Positions 24,029 through 34,465 of a stretch of 64,000 nt of DNA are shown here, one piece after another (within the stretch, counting starts at the first letter, position 1; every line of letters begins with the position of its first letter). The DNA comes from Candidatus Methanomethylicia archaeon (GTDB lineage Archaea; Thermoproteota; Methanomethylicia; Culexarchaeales; Culexarchaeaceae), in assembly GCA_038727515.1 (NCBI GenBank), contig JAVYVS010000003.1, positions 64,001-128,000 on the forward strand, read 5' to 3'. Position numbers and translations under genes: made by a program. The notes under the pieces were generated by a model, which did not search any database, was not told where the DNA came from, and saw only the letters and a program-made list of their open reading frames with translations.

Positions 24029-24993
24029 AGGGCTATTCTTAAGGTAAGCGTCTACTTCACAATTGGAATTGTTGGAGCGATGCTTTTTCCTCCATTTTAT
24101 TATGGGCTGGGAGATGATTGACGGTTTCATGCTTGGATCTATAATCAGCCAAACAGGAGCCGTAGTTATTGTGCCCTTGGCTAAAAGGATTGGGGTTCAA
24201 GCGGAGATGGCGGCCATACTTTCTATCGAGGCAATTGTAACTAGCATATTCAACATAGTTTTCTTTTCAGCTTTCCTAGAAGCACGCTTAGCGAAGTTTT
24301 AAACCTTGCTGAAGCCATAACTCTAATAGTAGCGAAATTCTCTGTAGGAATAGTAGTAGGGGTTATTGTAGGGTTATTTTGCCTACGATCCTATTCCTTC
24401 TTCAGAGAGAAGAGTTCACGTATATGGCCACGCTGGAATACTGCTGTTTGGCTATACCATTTCAGAAATGCTGAAGGGAAGCGGTGCTCTCACAGTCCTC
24501 ACTATTGGCATCATTTTAGGAAACGACAGAGAGATCCTTAGGCTGCTTGGGAAAAATCCTCTGCATGCGAGCGCCTTCTCCGAACTAAAAAGTATTTGGA
24601 GCACTTCCAAGCAGAAGTTTATTTTATTCTCAGAATATTCTTCTTCATGCTGTTAGGCTTATTGTTCGAGGTATCATCACTAAGCCTATTTGTAACATTA
24701 ACTTATGATCTACCCATCATCGGCATCCTCTTAGCTACGCGCTACTTGGTTACTCAATGTCGACGTGGAGGAGCCCCATGTTTTCTGAGAGGAAGATGAT
24801 TACGGATATGTGTGCGCTTGGATTAACACCAGCCCTCCTAAGCCTAATACCCTTACAGTATAATCTGCCCAATTCTAATCTTTACACACTCATCATCACA
24901 AACTTGATAGTACTAACCAATATCCTAACCTCAATATCGACTATAAAAATACGGAAGAAAAACAAAAACAAAGATTACATCAAGATATCTTAA
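24029..24993 (+). pseudogene. Cation:proton antiporter (CPA1/NhaP-like), 5'-truncated and fragmented
   Basis: Four consecutive hydrophobic fragments (LGSIISQTGAVVIVPL, GSGALTVLTIGIILGN, EVYFILRIFFFMLLG, ALGLTPALL) in shifting frames. Confidence 0.8.
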
Positions 24994-25044
24994 ACTTCTT
25001 TGTTCTAAACCATTTGTCAGTAAGTGATGTGAATTAAGAAAGTT

Positions 25045-27378
25045 TTATACGTGGCCAAAAATTTTGTATACTGCGATTTTAGCGGCATCTGTAGCTAGCA
25101 ATGTTACCATGATAGTGTAGATCAGCGCTAACGCTATGGCATATGGGGGCAGTGATGGTATTATTATGCCTCTCCATACAAGCGTTGTTGCAGCTACGCT
25201 GTCAACTATTATAGCTAGCAGCATGTACCTGCTTGGTTTCGAGCTCCAAAATGCTCTAGTCTCCCTAAAGTTCACTATGTTTAGAAGCCCTGAGAGGAGG
25301 AGTATATAGAACATGAAGCTTTGTAGCTGCGGGTATGACAGGTTAATGAGTTTTGCTATGTGTAACGCTATAAATAGTTCCGCGAGTTTTACAATGCCAA
25401 GCATAGTTGATATTACTGTAAGCTTCGTTATATTCCATTTCTCCGGCCTTCTACCTGGCTTTAATACGTCGATGCTTATGGACAGCGTTACAAAATCATA
25501 GAGGAAAAGCATTAATATCATGTGCGTGGGCGTTAATATTGGGAGCCCGAGGAGCAGCGTTGATATAACCACAAAATATACAATGCTAAATGTCTTAACG
25601 ATCTTGTTTATGGTCCAGACAACGATCTTCCTATAGATCATCCTCCCAAGCCTTATAATGTCGGCGATCTCCCTCAGCCCCGGAGATGTGAGCACCGCGG
25701 AGGCAACTGATTTAGCTACGTCCGTAGCCCCGCTCACGGCTATGCCTAAATCTGCCTTCTTAAGAGCCGGCGCATCGTTTACCCCATCACCCGTCATGCC
25801 GACCACATGCCCCTTCTCCTGCAGAGTTTCTACGATATTGTACTTGTCCTCAGGTACGACTTCCGCGAAGACCTCAATATCCTCGACGCCTTCAGTTAGC
25901 CGCTCTTTTGAAATCTCCCTCATGCTAATAGCCTTCTCGCCTATGCCAACTTTACTCGCTATGGCTTTAGCTATGTGTATATTATCCCCTGTAACCATTT
26001 TTGGTGTTACACCAAGGCTCTTTATGACATCTATAAATTGCTTAGAATCTTCGCGGGGCCTGTCATAGAGTCCTAACAGCCCAATGATCTCAATGATGTT
26101 CTGCTGGGCCTCTATTGCCACGGCCAGCAGCCTAAGCCCCTCCCTACTGAGCCCCCTAATGATCTCCTCAATATCCTCCTTATTGTTATTGGCGGCTAGC
26201 TGGAGAAGCGCCTGTGGCGCACCCTTAATAACTCTTAGCTTTCGTCCTTGAATCTGAACTAATGCTTCGCTCCTCTTTGTCTCCGGCGTGAATGGCTTAA
26301 ATTCTAAGATGCTTGCCACGTTTATGTTAATGTTCATCTCTTTAGCTTTCTGTCTAATGGCGTTATCTATGGGATCTTTCGTTATCTCTTCTGATGCCAG
26401 AGCAGCATATAGCAAAACGTCTTCCTCGCCATATCCGCCACTTAACGAGATCACCCTGTCAACCACTATCCTGTTCTCAGTTATTGTCCCCGTTTTATCT
26501 AGGCATATAACGTCCATCATGGAGGCAGCCTCTATGGCCTCAAGCCTCCTAACAATTATACCGCTCTTCGCGAGCTCAACACTTCCCAAAGCCAGAGTTA
26601 TAGTGGTCATGGCTGGCAGAGCTATGGGTATCGAGGCTAACAGCAACGTTAAGGTGAAGGGCAGGAGATCTAAAATGTTAAGCCCCGCCAGAATAAGCTT
26701 AGCTACAACCAAGACTATGAAGAGGGAGTCTACTAGAAGAAGCCACTTAGTTATGCTATTGGTTATCTCCTCTATTATGAGCCTAGGCTTCGCTATTTGG
26801 ACAAGTTCGATGGTTCTACCAAAGCGCGTCCTTACACCTGTCACAACTATTCTGATAATTGCTTCTCCCCTAACAACTGTGGTTCCAGCGTAAACATTAT
26901 CGTTAACGCTTTTCTCAACAGGCATGGATTCTCCGGTCAGCGCGGATTCATCAACAGTTATAGAACCCTCCACGATAACGCCGTCAGCTGGCGCAATGTC
27001 GCCCATAGAGATCTTCACAATATCATCTGGCACAATATGCTCAGCTGCAACATCAACCCACTTACCATCTCTCAGAGCTTTCACGGTCACTTTTAGCTTC
27101 GATTTAAGCATCTCAATAGCCTTACCAGCCCTATATCCATGAACAACACCAATAACGGCATTTACGAGGAGCAGCGAAACCATTATAGCGAAGTCTACGT
27201 ATTTCCCCAAAACAAAAGAGATCGCGGCGGCCACCTCTACAGTATAGGGTGTTAGCCCTGTGAGCTTCTTTAGGAAAGACACCGCGATATTCTCCCCTTT
27301 TTCAGGAACCTTATTGGGGCCGTAGATTTTGAGTCTCTCAACGACTTCTTCGCTAGTTAAACCTTTATGCTTGCTCAT
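25045..27378 (-). CDS. P-type H+-exporting ATPase (type IIIA-like)
   Basis: TGES, ASIPIALP, DKTGT, KGAP and GDGVNDAPAL; intact 777 aa. Confidence 0.88.
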   Translation of the reverse strand: MSKHKGLTSEEVVERLKIYGPNKVPEKGENIAVSFLKKLTGLTPYTVEVAAAISFVLGKYVDFAIMVSLLLVNAVIGVVHGYRAGKAIEMLKSKLKVTVKALRDGKWVDVAAEHIVPDDIVKISMGDIAPADGVIVEGSITVDESALTGESMPVEKSVNDNVYAGTTVVRGEAIIRIVVTGVRTRFGRTIELVQIAKPRLIIEEITNSITKWLLLVDSLFIVLVVAKLILAGLNILDLLPFTLTLLLASIPIALPAMTTITLALGSVELAKSGIIVRRLEAIEAASMMDVICLDKTGTITENRIVVDRVISLSGGYGEEDVLLYAALASEEITKDPIDNAIRQKAKEMNININVASILEFKPFTPETKRSEALVQIQGRKLRVIKGAPQALLQLAANNNKEDIEEIIRGLSREGLRLLAVAIEAQQNIIEIIGLLGLYDRPREDSKQFIDVIKSLGVTPKMVTGDNIHIAKAIASKVGIGEKAISMREISKERLTEGVEDIEVFAEVVPEDKYNIVETLQEKGHVVGMTGDGVNDAPALKKADLGIAVSGATDVAKSVASAVLTSPGLREIADIIRLGRMIYRKIVVWTINKIVKTFSIVYFVVISTLLLGLPILTPTHMILMLFLYDFVTLSISIDVLKPGRRPEKWNITKLTVISTMLGIVKLAELFIALHIAKLINLSYPQLQSFMFYILLLSGLLNIVNFRETRAFWSSKPSRYMLLAIIVDSVAATTLVWRGIIIPSLPPYAIALALIYTIMVTLLATDAAKIAVYKIFGHV

Positions 27379-27466
27379 CTCATATACCTACTCATCTACA
27401 CCGTTTTAAACAAGAATTCTTAAATATTTCTTCTTATTGTCAAGTTCAACATAATGGCGATTAAGA

Positions 27467-28639
27467 ATGAATAGAAAAATATTCGCGGTGTTTGTGCTGC
27501 TCGGGCTTATCTCTTTAGCTGCCGATATGGTTTATGAGGGGGCTAGGTCCGACAGCGGAGCCTATCTAGAGCATCTGGGCGCTCCGCCCATTGCCTCATC
27601 CATCATTGGCGTAGGCGAATTTATAGGATACTTTCTCAGGTTCGTAAGCGGTGTGCTAGCATCCTACTTGGGGTCTTCGGTTGCCTTCTGGGGCTTTGTG
27701 GCGTTGGGTTACGCCACGACCGTCATAGCCTTACCCCTCCTTGCCTTTGCGGGCTTATGGTGGATTGCAGCATCACTATGCCTCTTGAAGAGGATTGGGA
27801 GGGGCTTAAGGACTCCTGTGAGGGACGTGATTTTAGCCGAGGTTACGGAGGGTGTTGGTAGGGGGAATAGTTTCGGCCTCCACAAGGTTATGGATCAAGC
27901 TGGCGCCCTAGCGGGACCGCTTCTCTTCACATACATGCTCCTAAACTACGACTATTCTAAAGCATTTTTAACGATTCTAGCCCCGGGCATATTGGCTATG
28001 ATGTTCGTGTTCACAGCATGGTCTCTCTATCCAAAGATTAAGAGCGTTGAGGTTTTACCGAGGAAAGTTTCGTTTAGAGACGTAGGCAGAAGATCCTGGC
28101 TATACACGCTATCAATGATCCTACAGTCCCTAGGCTTTGTGCACTGGGCTATAGCATCCTACTTCCTAAAGTATTGGAGGATCTTAGGGAACGCTGATAT
28201 AGCAATACTATACGCAATTGCGATGGGTGTAGACGCCCTCGTAGCCTTCCCAATAGGATACCTATATGATACGATAAAGTTTAAGAGCCTCTATGTAGCG
28301 CCCATAACAACGCTAATATAACATTACTGTTGACTGCGAAGACCACTGCGCTAGCGTATGCGATGGCGGTTCTCTGGGGAGTCACCATGGGCGTCTCGGA
28401 GACGATTATGAGGGCTTCTATAGCGGACATAGTCGGCAGAGATGGGCTTGGCAGTAGCTTACGGCATATTCGGAATGCTTTACGGGGTCTCATGGAGCGT
28501 CGGAGGCTTCATAATAACCTTCCTACTAGAGTTATCAGCGCCAATAGCAATAGACTACACGAGCCTAACGCAAGCATCATAACTTCTAATGCTAGCAGTG
28601 TTAAATAGGCAAATTAGCTCTGAAAGCCTACGTCACTAG
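27467..28639 (+). pseudogene. MFS transporter, frameshifted
   Basis: SLAADMVYEGARS and GRGLRTPVRD; frameshifts near 28320 and 28445 (continues LAVAYGIFGMLYG) plus an internal TAA. Confidence 0.82.
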
Positions 28640-28695
28640 TCAACTATTTTAAGCCCATCACCCATTGTGGCGTTATATACCTAACCTGTTCCGCC

Positions 28696-29063
28696 TTAAC
28701 CTTCCTTAAGATCTTTAAGGATCTTCTCCACCTGCTTGATGGCGTATTCCGCCTCATCAGGTTTATAGACTCCATTATAGAGCGCTTCGTCATGCAGAGT
28801 TTTCATGACGTCACTGTAAACGGCCCTCAAATCCTCGCACCCTATCTTCCTGAGAAGCTCTCTCCTCCCGCTGTGGGATCTAGGCGTCACATTTAATTTA
28901 CGATGGATATAGGAGTTTACCGCAAGCACCATGCTTAAGAAGGCTTTATCAACAGCATTCCTATAGAGAAATATATCGCCTAATTTAATAGCCTTCTCAA
29001 ACCCCTCCTAGCATACTTTAAGATCTCCCTCAGCGGTTATGGATGCGGCATTTTCCTCACTTA
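28696..29063 (-). pseudogene. HEPN/PaREP1-like small protein, disrupted at the 5' end
   Basis: Frame extends upstream as FEKAIKLGDIFLYRNAVDKAFLSMVLAVN...PRSHSGRR...LHDEALY; frameshift and stop near the start. Confidence 0.55.
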
Positions 29064-29208
29064 AACGCCCCGCCGCATGCCATAGATAAATAGTGGTATA
29101 GGAAATAAATGGGATGCCGAGACTACGTGAGAAGTAACGCTCCATAAATTATGGCGGATCAAATCAATTAAGCAGAAATTCTTTAAAACGCGGTTCCTCC
29201 CGATAAAC

Positions 29209-32181
29209 TTAAGCAGGATAATTATATTCTTGATTTATTCTGCCGTATCTCGCCTTAAGATAGACGCTGATGTCCCGCCAGTCATCTAATATTTTAGGCC
29301 AGAGCTCGCTGAACACATATTTATTAACGTAATCCTTCATCGCCTTTTCACGCCTAATTTTCCCCTCACGCCAGTCGACGGATACTAGGCCCGCTCTGCG
29401 CAAATACCGGAGGCTGCGGTAAATCTCCTCTGGGCTAATGGGATAGGCTACTGCGCGCTCTAAATCGCTGATTAAAGCGTTTATGGGTATTTCATCCTCA
29501 TACCTCAGATAAATCATAGCTATAGTATCCTGAGTCACCCTCATGGTTCTGCTCAAATACAGCCCAATCCCCCTAGACGGCATTAGCACCTGCTCTAAGC
29601 GATGCCCATACCTCCTATAGAACCAGCTCTTAGCAGCTTCCACCAGCGCCAAATATGCGCTTATTATGGCGGCCAGCGCGAGATAAAATTCGATCGGGGG
29701 CTGAACAAACCTGAAGACCGCTCCCAGCCACGTGTATGGCAGCGCTAGAGCGAAGATTATTACGGATGCGCTTGTGAAGATCAAGGCTTTGCTGGGCCTA
29801 CTCCTGTAGAATGGGAACAGCCTTGTCCTTATGATAAAGACGACCAGCGTCTGCGTTAACAGGGACTCTAGGAACCATGCTGTCTGAAACAGCGGCTCAG
29901 CGGCCTTAAATGCTAAGAGCATCATGAAGTATGTTAGAAAGTCGAAGAGCGAGCTTATAGGTCCAAAGAACACCATGAACCTTCTCACGAAAAATATATC
30001 CCACCTCTTAGGCTTCTCTAAGTATTCCCTGTCGACATCGTCCAGCGGGACGGCTGTTTGAGTCAAATCGTATAGTAGGTTGTTTAAGAGTATTTGTATT
30101 GGGAGCATTGGTAGGAATGGTAGGAATAATGAACCTAGGGCGACGCTGAACATGTTCCCAAAGTTTGAGCTAATAGCCATCAGGATATACTTCATAGCGT
30201 TGCCGAAGGTTTTCCTACCCTCTAAAACGCCATCATAGAGTATAGTTAGATCGTTCTCTAGGAGGATTATGTCCGCGGCTTCCTTCGCAACATCGACAGC
30301 ATTATCCACGGATATGCCAACGTCAGCATTCTTCAGCGACGGCGCATCATTGATACCATCGCCGAGGAAGCCGACCACATGTCCATTAGCCCTCAAAGCG
30401 CTTATTATCCTATTCTTTTGGGCTGGGGTCACGCGGCAGAAGACGTTCACCTCCTCAACAGCCCTCGCTAGGGCGTCATCATGCATATGCTCAATCTCGC
30501 TTCCGAGGAGAATCCCTTTAATCTCAAAGCCTAAATGCTCACATACTTTCCTAGTGACGAGCTCATTGTCGCCGGTAAGTATCTTCAGCTCCACGCCAGC
30601 CTCCCTTAGGAGCTTTATTGCTTCTCTCGCGGTTTCTTTAGGCGGGTCGAGGAAACCTATAAAGCCTAGAAAAACCATTTCGCTCTCATCGCTGATGGAG
30701 TATACGGGCTTATATTCCCTCAGGCGCTTATACGCTACGCCCAGAACCCTATATCCTTCAGCGCTCAGCTCAAGGTATTTCCGCTCAATCTTTTTACGAG
30801 CCTCATCAGTTAAATCAGATACTACGTCGTCCAGCTCATAGAATAAGCATATCTTTAGGATCTCCTCCGGCGCACCTTTAGTGATCATGTAGCGCTGGTC
30901 TTCATGTTCAATAACTATTGAGAGACGCTTACGTATAAAGTCGAATGGTATCTCGTCGATCTTCCTGTAACCCGCAATATCTACACTCTTATATGCTAGT
31001 ACAGCCTCATCGAGGGGGCTTCTTAACCCAGTCTGATAATAACTATTTAGGTATGAGTATAGTAGCACTTTCTCGCTTTCTCTTCCGTTAACGTCAACGT
31101 GGAATATTAACCTTATCTTGTTCTCCGTTAATGTTCCGGTTTTATCAGTGCATAAGATGTCCATGCACCCAAAGTTTTGTATTGACGCTAAGCGCTTAAT
31201 TATAACCTTCTTCCTAGACATATTTATTGCGCCCTTAGACAGGTTTATTGAGATTATCATTGGTAGGAGATCCGGGGTCAGGCCGACGGCCAATGAGACT
31301 GAGAAGAGAAGCGACTCGAGAACATCCCGCTTATAGAGCGCGTTTATGAAGAAGATGAATAGGACTAGTAGAAACGTGGTCTCCATAATCATGTAGCCGA
31401 ACCTTCGTATGCCCCTTTGGAACTCGGTCTCAGGGCCTCTGGCGGCAAGCGCCCTAGATATCCGCCCATACTCCGTTCGACTCCCAGTCCTAACAACAAC
31501 AGCCGTGGCGGATCCGCTGACGACGGATGTCCCCATAAAGAGATAATTGCTCCACTCGGTAATTGGAAGGTCGCCCGATTTAAGGGGCGTAGGGGTCTTC
31601 TCAACTGGAAATGATTCTCCAGTTAAAGCTGATTGATCCACGCATAGATCCTTTGCGTTTATCACCCTAGCGTCCGCTGGCACTATGTCTCCAGCCGAGA
31701 GAAGTATGATGTCGCCTGGAACTATCTCGCTCATCTTTACTTCGCGCTTAAATCCATCCCTAATGACCGTGACTGTGAGAGCAACCCTTTCCCTCAGCAT
31801 CTCAGCGGCTCTCTCAGCCTTATGCTCCTGATAGAAATCTAAAAGCGTGCTCATAACTACTATCGAGAACACTATTATAGCGCTTTCATGATCGCCTAGG
31901 AGATAAGAGATTAAACCGGCTATCAGCAATATGATCACTAGAGGGTTTCTGAAATGGTATAAAAACTCTATTATAAGAGACCTCTTCCTCCTCCCGGCAA
32001 CCTCATTGTAGCCGAAAACTTCAAGGCGCCTTTCCACTTCCTCTGAGGAAAGCCCATTTAATGAGGTCTTCAGGCGTGAAAAGATTTCTTCAACAGGCAA
32101 TGTTAAAATTTCTTCGGTGCTCGGCAGAACCCATTCTAAAAATCCGCCAACCCTTGACATTTCTGAATTCTGATTACTCAT
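29209..32181 (-). CDS. mgtA: Magnesium-translocating P-type ATPase (type IIIB) with a C-terminal extension
   Basis: AVGLTPDLLPMI, DKTGTLT, GDGINDAP, SSNFGNMFS and FQTAWFLESLLTQ; ATG 32181 after AGGTGG. Confidence 0.9.
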   Translation of the reverse strand: MSNQNSEMSRVGGFLEWVLPSTEEILTLPVEEIFSRLKTSLNGLSSEEVERRLEVFGYNEVAGRRKRSLIIEFLYHFRNPLVIILLIAGLISYLLGDHESAIIVFSIVVMSTLLDFYQEHKAERAAEMLRERVALTVTVIRDGFKREVKMSEIVPGDIILLSAGDIVPADARVINAKDLCVDQSALTGESFPVEKTPTPLKSGDLPITEWSNYLFMGTSVVSGSATAVVVRTGSRTEYGRISRALAARGPETEFQRGIRRFGYMIMETTFLLVLFIFFINALYKRDVLESLLFSVSLAVGLTPDLLPMIISINLSKGAINMSRKKVIIKRLASIQNFGCMDILCTDKTGTLTENKIRLIFHVDVNGRESEKVLLYSYLNSYYQTGLRSPLDEAVLAYKSVDIAGYRKIDEIPFDFIRKRLSIVIEHEDQRYMITKGAPEEILKICLFYELDDVVSDLTDEARKKIERKYLELSAEGYRVLGVAYKRLREYKPVYSISDESEMVFLGFIGFLDPPKETAREAIKLLREAGVELKILTGDNELVTRKVCEHLGFEIKGILLGSEIEHMHDDALARAVEEVNVFCRVTPAQKNRIISALRANGHVVGFLGDGINDAPSLKNADVGISVDNAVDVAKEAADIILLENDLTILYDGVLEGRKTFGNAMKYILMAISSNFGNMFSVALGSLFLPFLPMLPIQILLNNLLYDLTQTAVPLDDVDREYLEKPKRWDIFFVRRFMVFFGPISSLFDFLTYFMMLLAFKAAEPLFQTAWFLESLLTQTLVVFIIRTRLFPFYRSRPSKALIFTSASVIIFALALPYTWLGAVFRFVQPPIEFYLALAAIISAYLALVEAAKSWFYRRYGHRLEQVLMPSRGIGLYLSRTMRVTQDTIAMIYLRYEDEIPINALISDLERAVAYPISPEEIYRSLRYLRRAGLVSVDWREGKIRREKAMKDYVNKYVFSELWPKILDDWRDISVYLKARYGRINQEYNYPA

Positions 32182-32857
32182 TATTTCCACCTACATCTAT
32201 CTTCGCCGAATAACCTTTAAAGCTAGACTCTTACGTTCTTATAAAAATGCTGTTCATAAAGTTCTTTTTACCAACCCTAAAGTTAAAACCAACAACTGTT
32301 TTATTAGAAGACTGTTAGGGGCGATTAAAAAGCCCTAAATACCAATTAGATAATTTGACTAGGGTATTTGTTTATGACCCTTTGGAGAGATATCTTCTAT
32401 ACCTTCTGAAATCTTAGACATGATTATCGAAGTTATAAGTTGTTCAAGATATAAGTATTAGTATAACTTTCAATGGAAAATTTTGTTTTAGAACACATAA
32501 TATCATCCCTCGATGTTTCCCCATTGAGTGCAATTTTGTTCTGCAGATATAGTTTGATGATGAAGACCCATTTGATATTATGGCGCTCAGCTATTAGCTC
32601 CTTGAAATTGGCTATCTCGCGAAGGTTAAGGCGCATTAATAATTGAGGAAGAATATGTAAAGGAACAAAACATTATTCTGAAAAATTCTAGTTTTAAATT
32701 TATTGAAATTTTTAGTACTACAAAAACGCAAAAAAGCAAAGAAAACTAACGGGGAAACTTCTAGATTATTAATGATTTTTGTTGGTTGAGTGTTCTTCTA
32801 ACAACTCAATGCAGATATGGACCTCTTTTTTGGTGTCAATGTTAGTTAAAATCACGA

Positions 32858-34219
32858 TTATATTTTTTTACCAGGGTTCATTATTTCATAGGGGTCTAAT
32901 GTTTTCTTTATGATTGAAAGTAATTTTAGCGTTTCACTTTTAATTTCTAGATGTAAATATTTTTTCTTTGCTAATCCAATGCCATGTTCCCCACTTAATG
33001 CACCTTTGTTTTTTATTGCTATTTTGAATATTTCTTCCTTTACCCTTTCTATCTCTGGAGTGTTTGATTTCTCTTTTTCCACCAATATACTTGGATGTAA
33101 ATGTCCATCTCCTGCATGACCAAATATTGCTATTCCTATATTCATCCTTCTACTTAATTCTTGTATTTCTCTAATGGTTTTTGGTAGGAAAGTTATTGGT
33201 ACAATTATATCTTCATCTATTCTTCCACCATAAACCTTTTCTAGGGATTCACCTGCCAATTTTCTAGTTTTCCACATATCATTTGAATCGTAGTATACAT
33301 GAACCATTTCATCCATAATTTTAATGCTTTTAAGATAATTGGCTAAATACTCAAGCTTATTATTTATATCTTCATTGGAAAATCCTTCGATTTCAAGTAG
33401 TATAATTGCTTCCACTTCTGGAAGTCTTTTTCCATGAACTGTATTTATTGCATTTATGGTTATTCTATCCATTAATTCTATGGCGGAAATATCTATTGTC
33501 GATTTCGTAAGTGCAACTATGGTTTTACCAGCATCTTCAAGGTTATCATGAGAAATAGATATACCAATTCTATACATAGGTTTAGGAGCTAATCTAAGTA
33601 GAGCTTTTGTTATTATTCCAAGGGTTCCTTCACTACCAACAAAAAGTGAGACTAAATTATAACCTGAAACCCACTTTTTAGTTTTTGATCCAATCCAGAC
33701 TTTACCTAGAGCTGAAGTAATAACTTCTAAACCCAAAACCCAATTTTTCATAGTACCATACTTATAGCTACGGGGACCAGCAGCATTCTCTCCAATCATT
33801 CCACCTATAGTACACTGATCACTCGTAGCTGGATTTGGAGGAAGGAATAAATTATATTCAGCTAAAAAATCATTTAAAACATCACATATAACTCCTGGTT
33901 CAACAAGCACTTGAGCATTATCTACATCTAGCTCAATTATTCTATTCATTCGTCTAAGATCTACAATAATGCCACCAGAAATTGGAACGCTGCCACCGCT
34001 AAGTGATGTACCCCCACCCCTTGGAATAACTGGAATTCTATACTTCTTAGCCACATCTACCAGTTTTTCAATTTCCTCAGTATTTTCAGGTATAACAGCA
34101 AGTGATGGTTTACCCTTAATATAAGATTGATCTTCCTCATATTGTTTAAGTTTTTCTTCATCAAAAATAACTCTATCTCCAAAAATAGTTATAAGTTCAT
34201 CTAGATAAGGCATTGACAT
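32858..34219 (-). CDS. FAD-linked oxidase (GlcD/D-lactate dehydrogenase family)
   Basis: PRGGGTSLSGG, GSEGTLG, GHAGDGHLH, SGEHGIG and MNPGK motifs. Confidence 0.92.
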   Translation of the reverse strand: MSMPYLDELITIFGDRVIFDEEKLKQYEEDQSYIKGKPSLAVIPENTEEIEKLVDVAKKYRIPVIPRGGGTSLSGGSVPISGGIIVDLRRMNRIIELDVDNAQVLVEPGVICDVLNDFLAEYNLFLPPNPATSDQCTIGGMIGENAAGPRSYKYGTMKNWVLGLEVITSALGKVWIGSKTKKWVSGYNLVSLFVGSEGTLGIITKALLRLAPKPMYRIGISISHDNLEDAGKTIVALTKSTIDISAIELMDRITINAINTVHGKRLPEVEAIILLEIEGFSNEDINNKLEYLANYLKSIKIMDEMVHVYYDSNDMWKTRKLAGESLEKVYGGRIDEDIIVPITFLPKTIREIQELSRRMNIGIAIFGHAGDGHLHPSILVEKEKSNTPEIERVKEEIFKIAIKNKGALSGEHGIGLAKKKYLHLEIKSETLKLLSIIKKTLDPYEIMNPGKKI

Positions 34220-34322
34220 ACAATAATCACCAAATAGGCAAATCAATTTATACAAATAAAAATTAATAGTTTTCTAAATATCTTCAAGTCATACCATCAC
34301 TATTATAATGCTAATATTTCAA

Positions 34323-34397
34323 TGGGCCCGGTGGGATTTGAACCCACGACCACCCGGTTATCAGCCGAGTGCTCTAACCAGGCTGAGCTACGGGCCC
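34323..34397 (-). tRNA. tRNA-Ile(GAT)
   Basis: CTCGG-CT-GAT-AA-CCGGG. Confidence 0.96.
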
Positions 34398-34465
34398 TAT
34401 GACAATATATGAAACTCATAAAAATTTAAAATTTTATATTAATAAATCCTTTTGGGTGTCATTAA

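Larger units (their letters stand above)
23202..32640. mobile_element. Degenerate tRNA-Ala-associated genomic island carrying ion transporters
   Basis: Abrupt rise in GC and CG-containing codons; integrase remnant right after the tRNA; several pseudogenes; right edge approximate and no attR seen. Confidence 0.8.

Noticed and set aside
32433-32636. 67-aa ORF at the island edge
   Set aside because: No recognisable motif or SD; possibly a gene remnant, not supportable
32400-32860. attR copy of the tRNA-Ala 3' end at the island's right edge
   Set aside because: No matching sequence found by eye; the boundary is set from composition only
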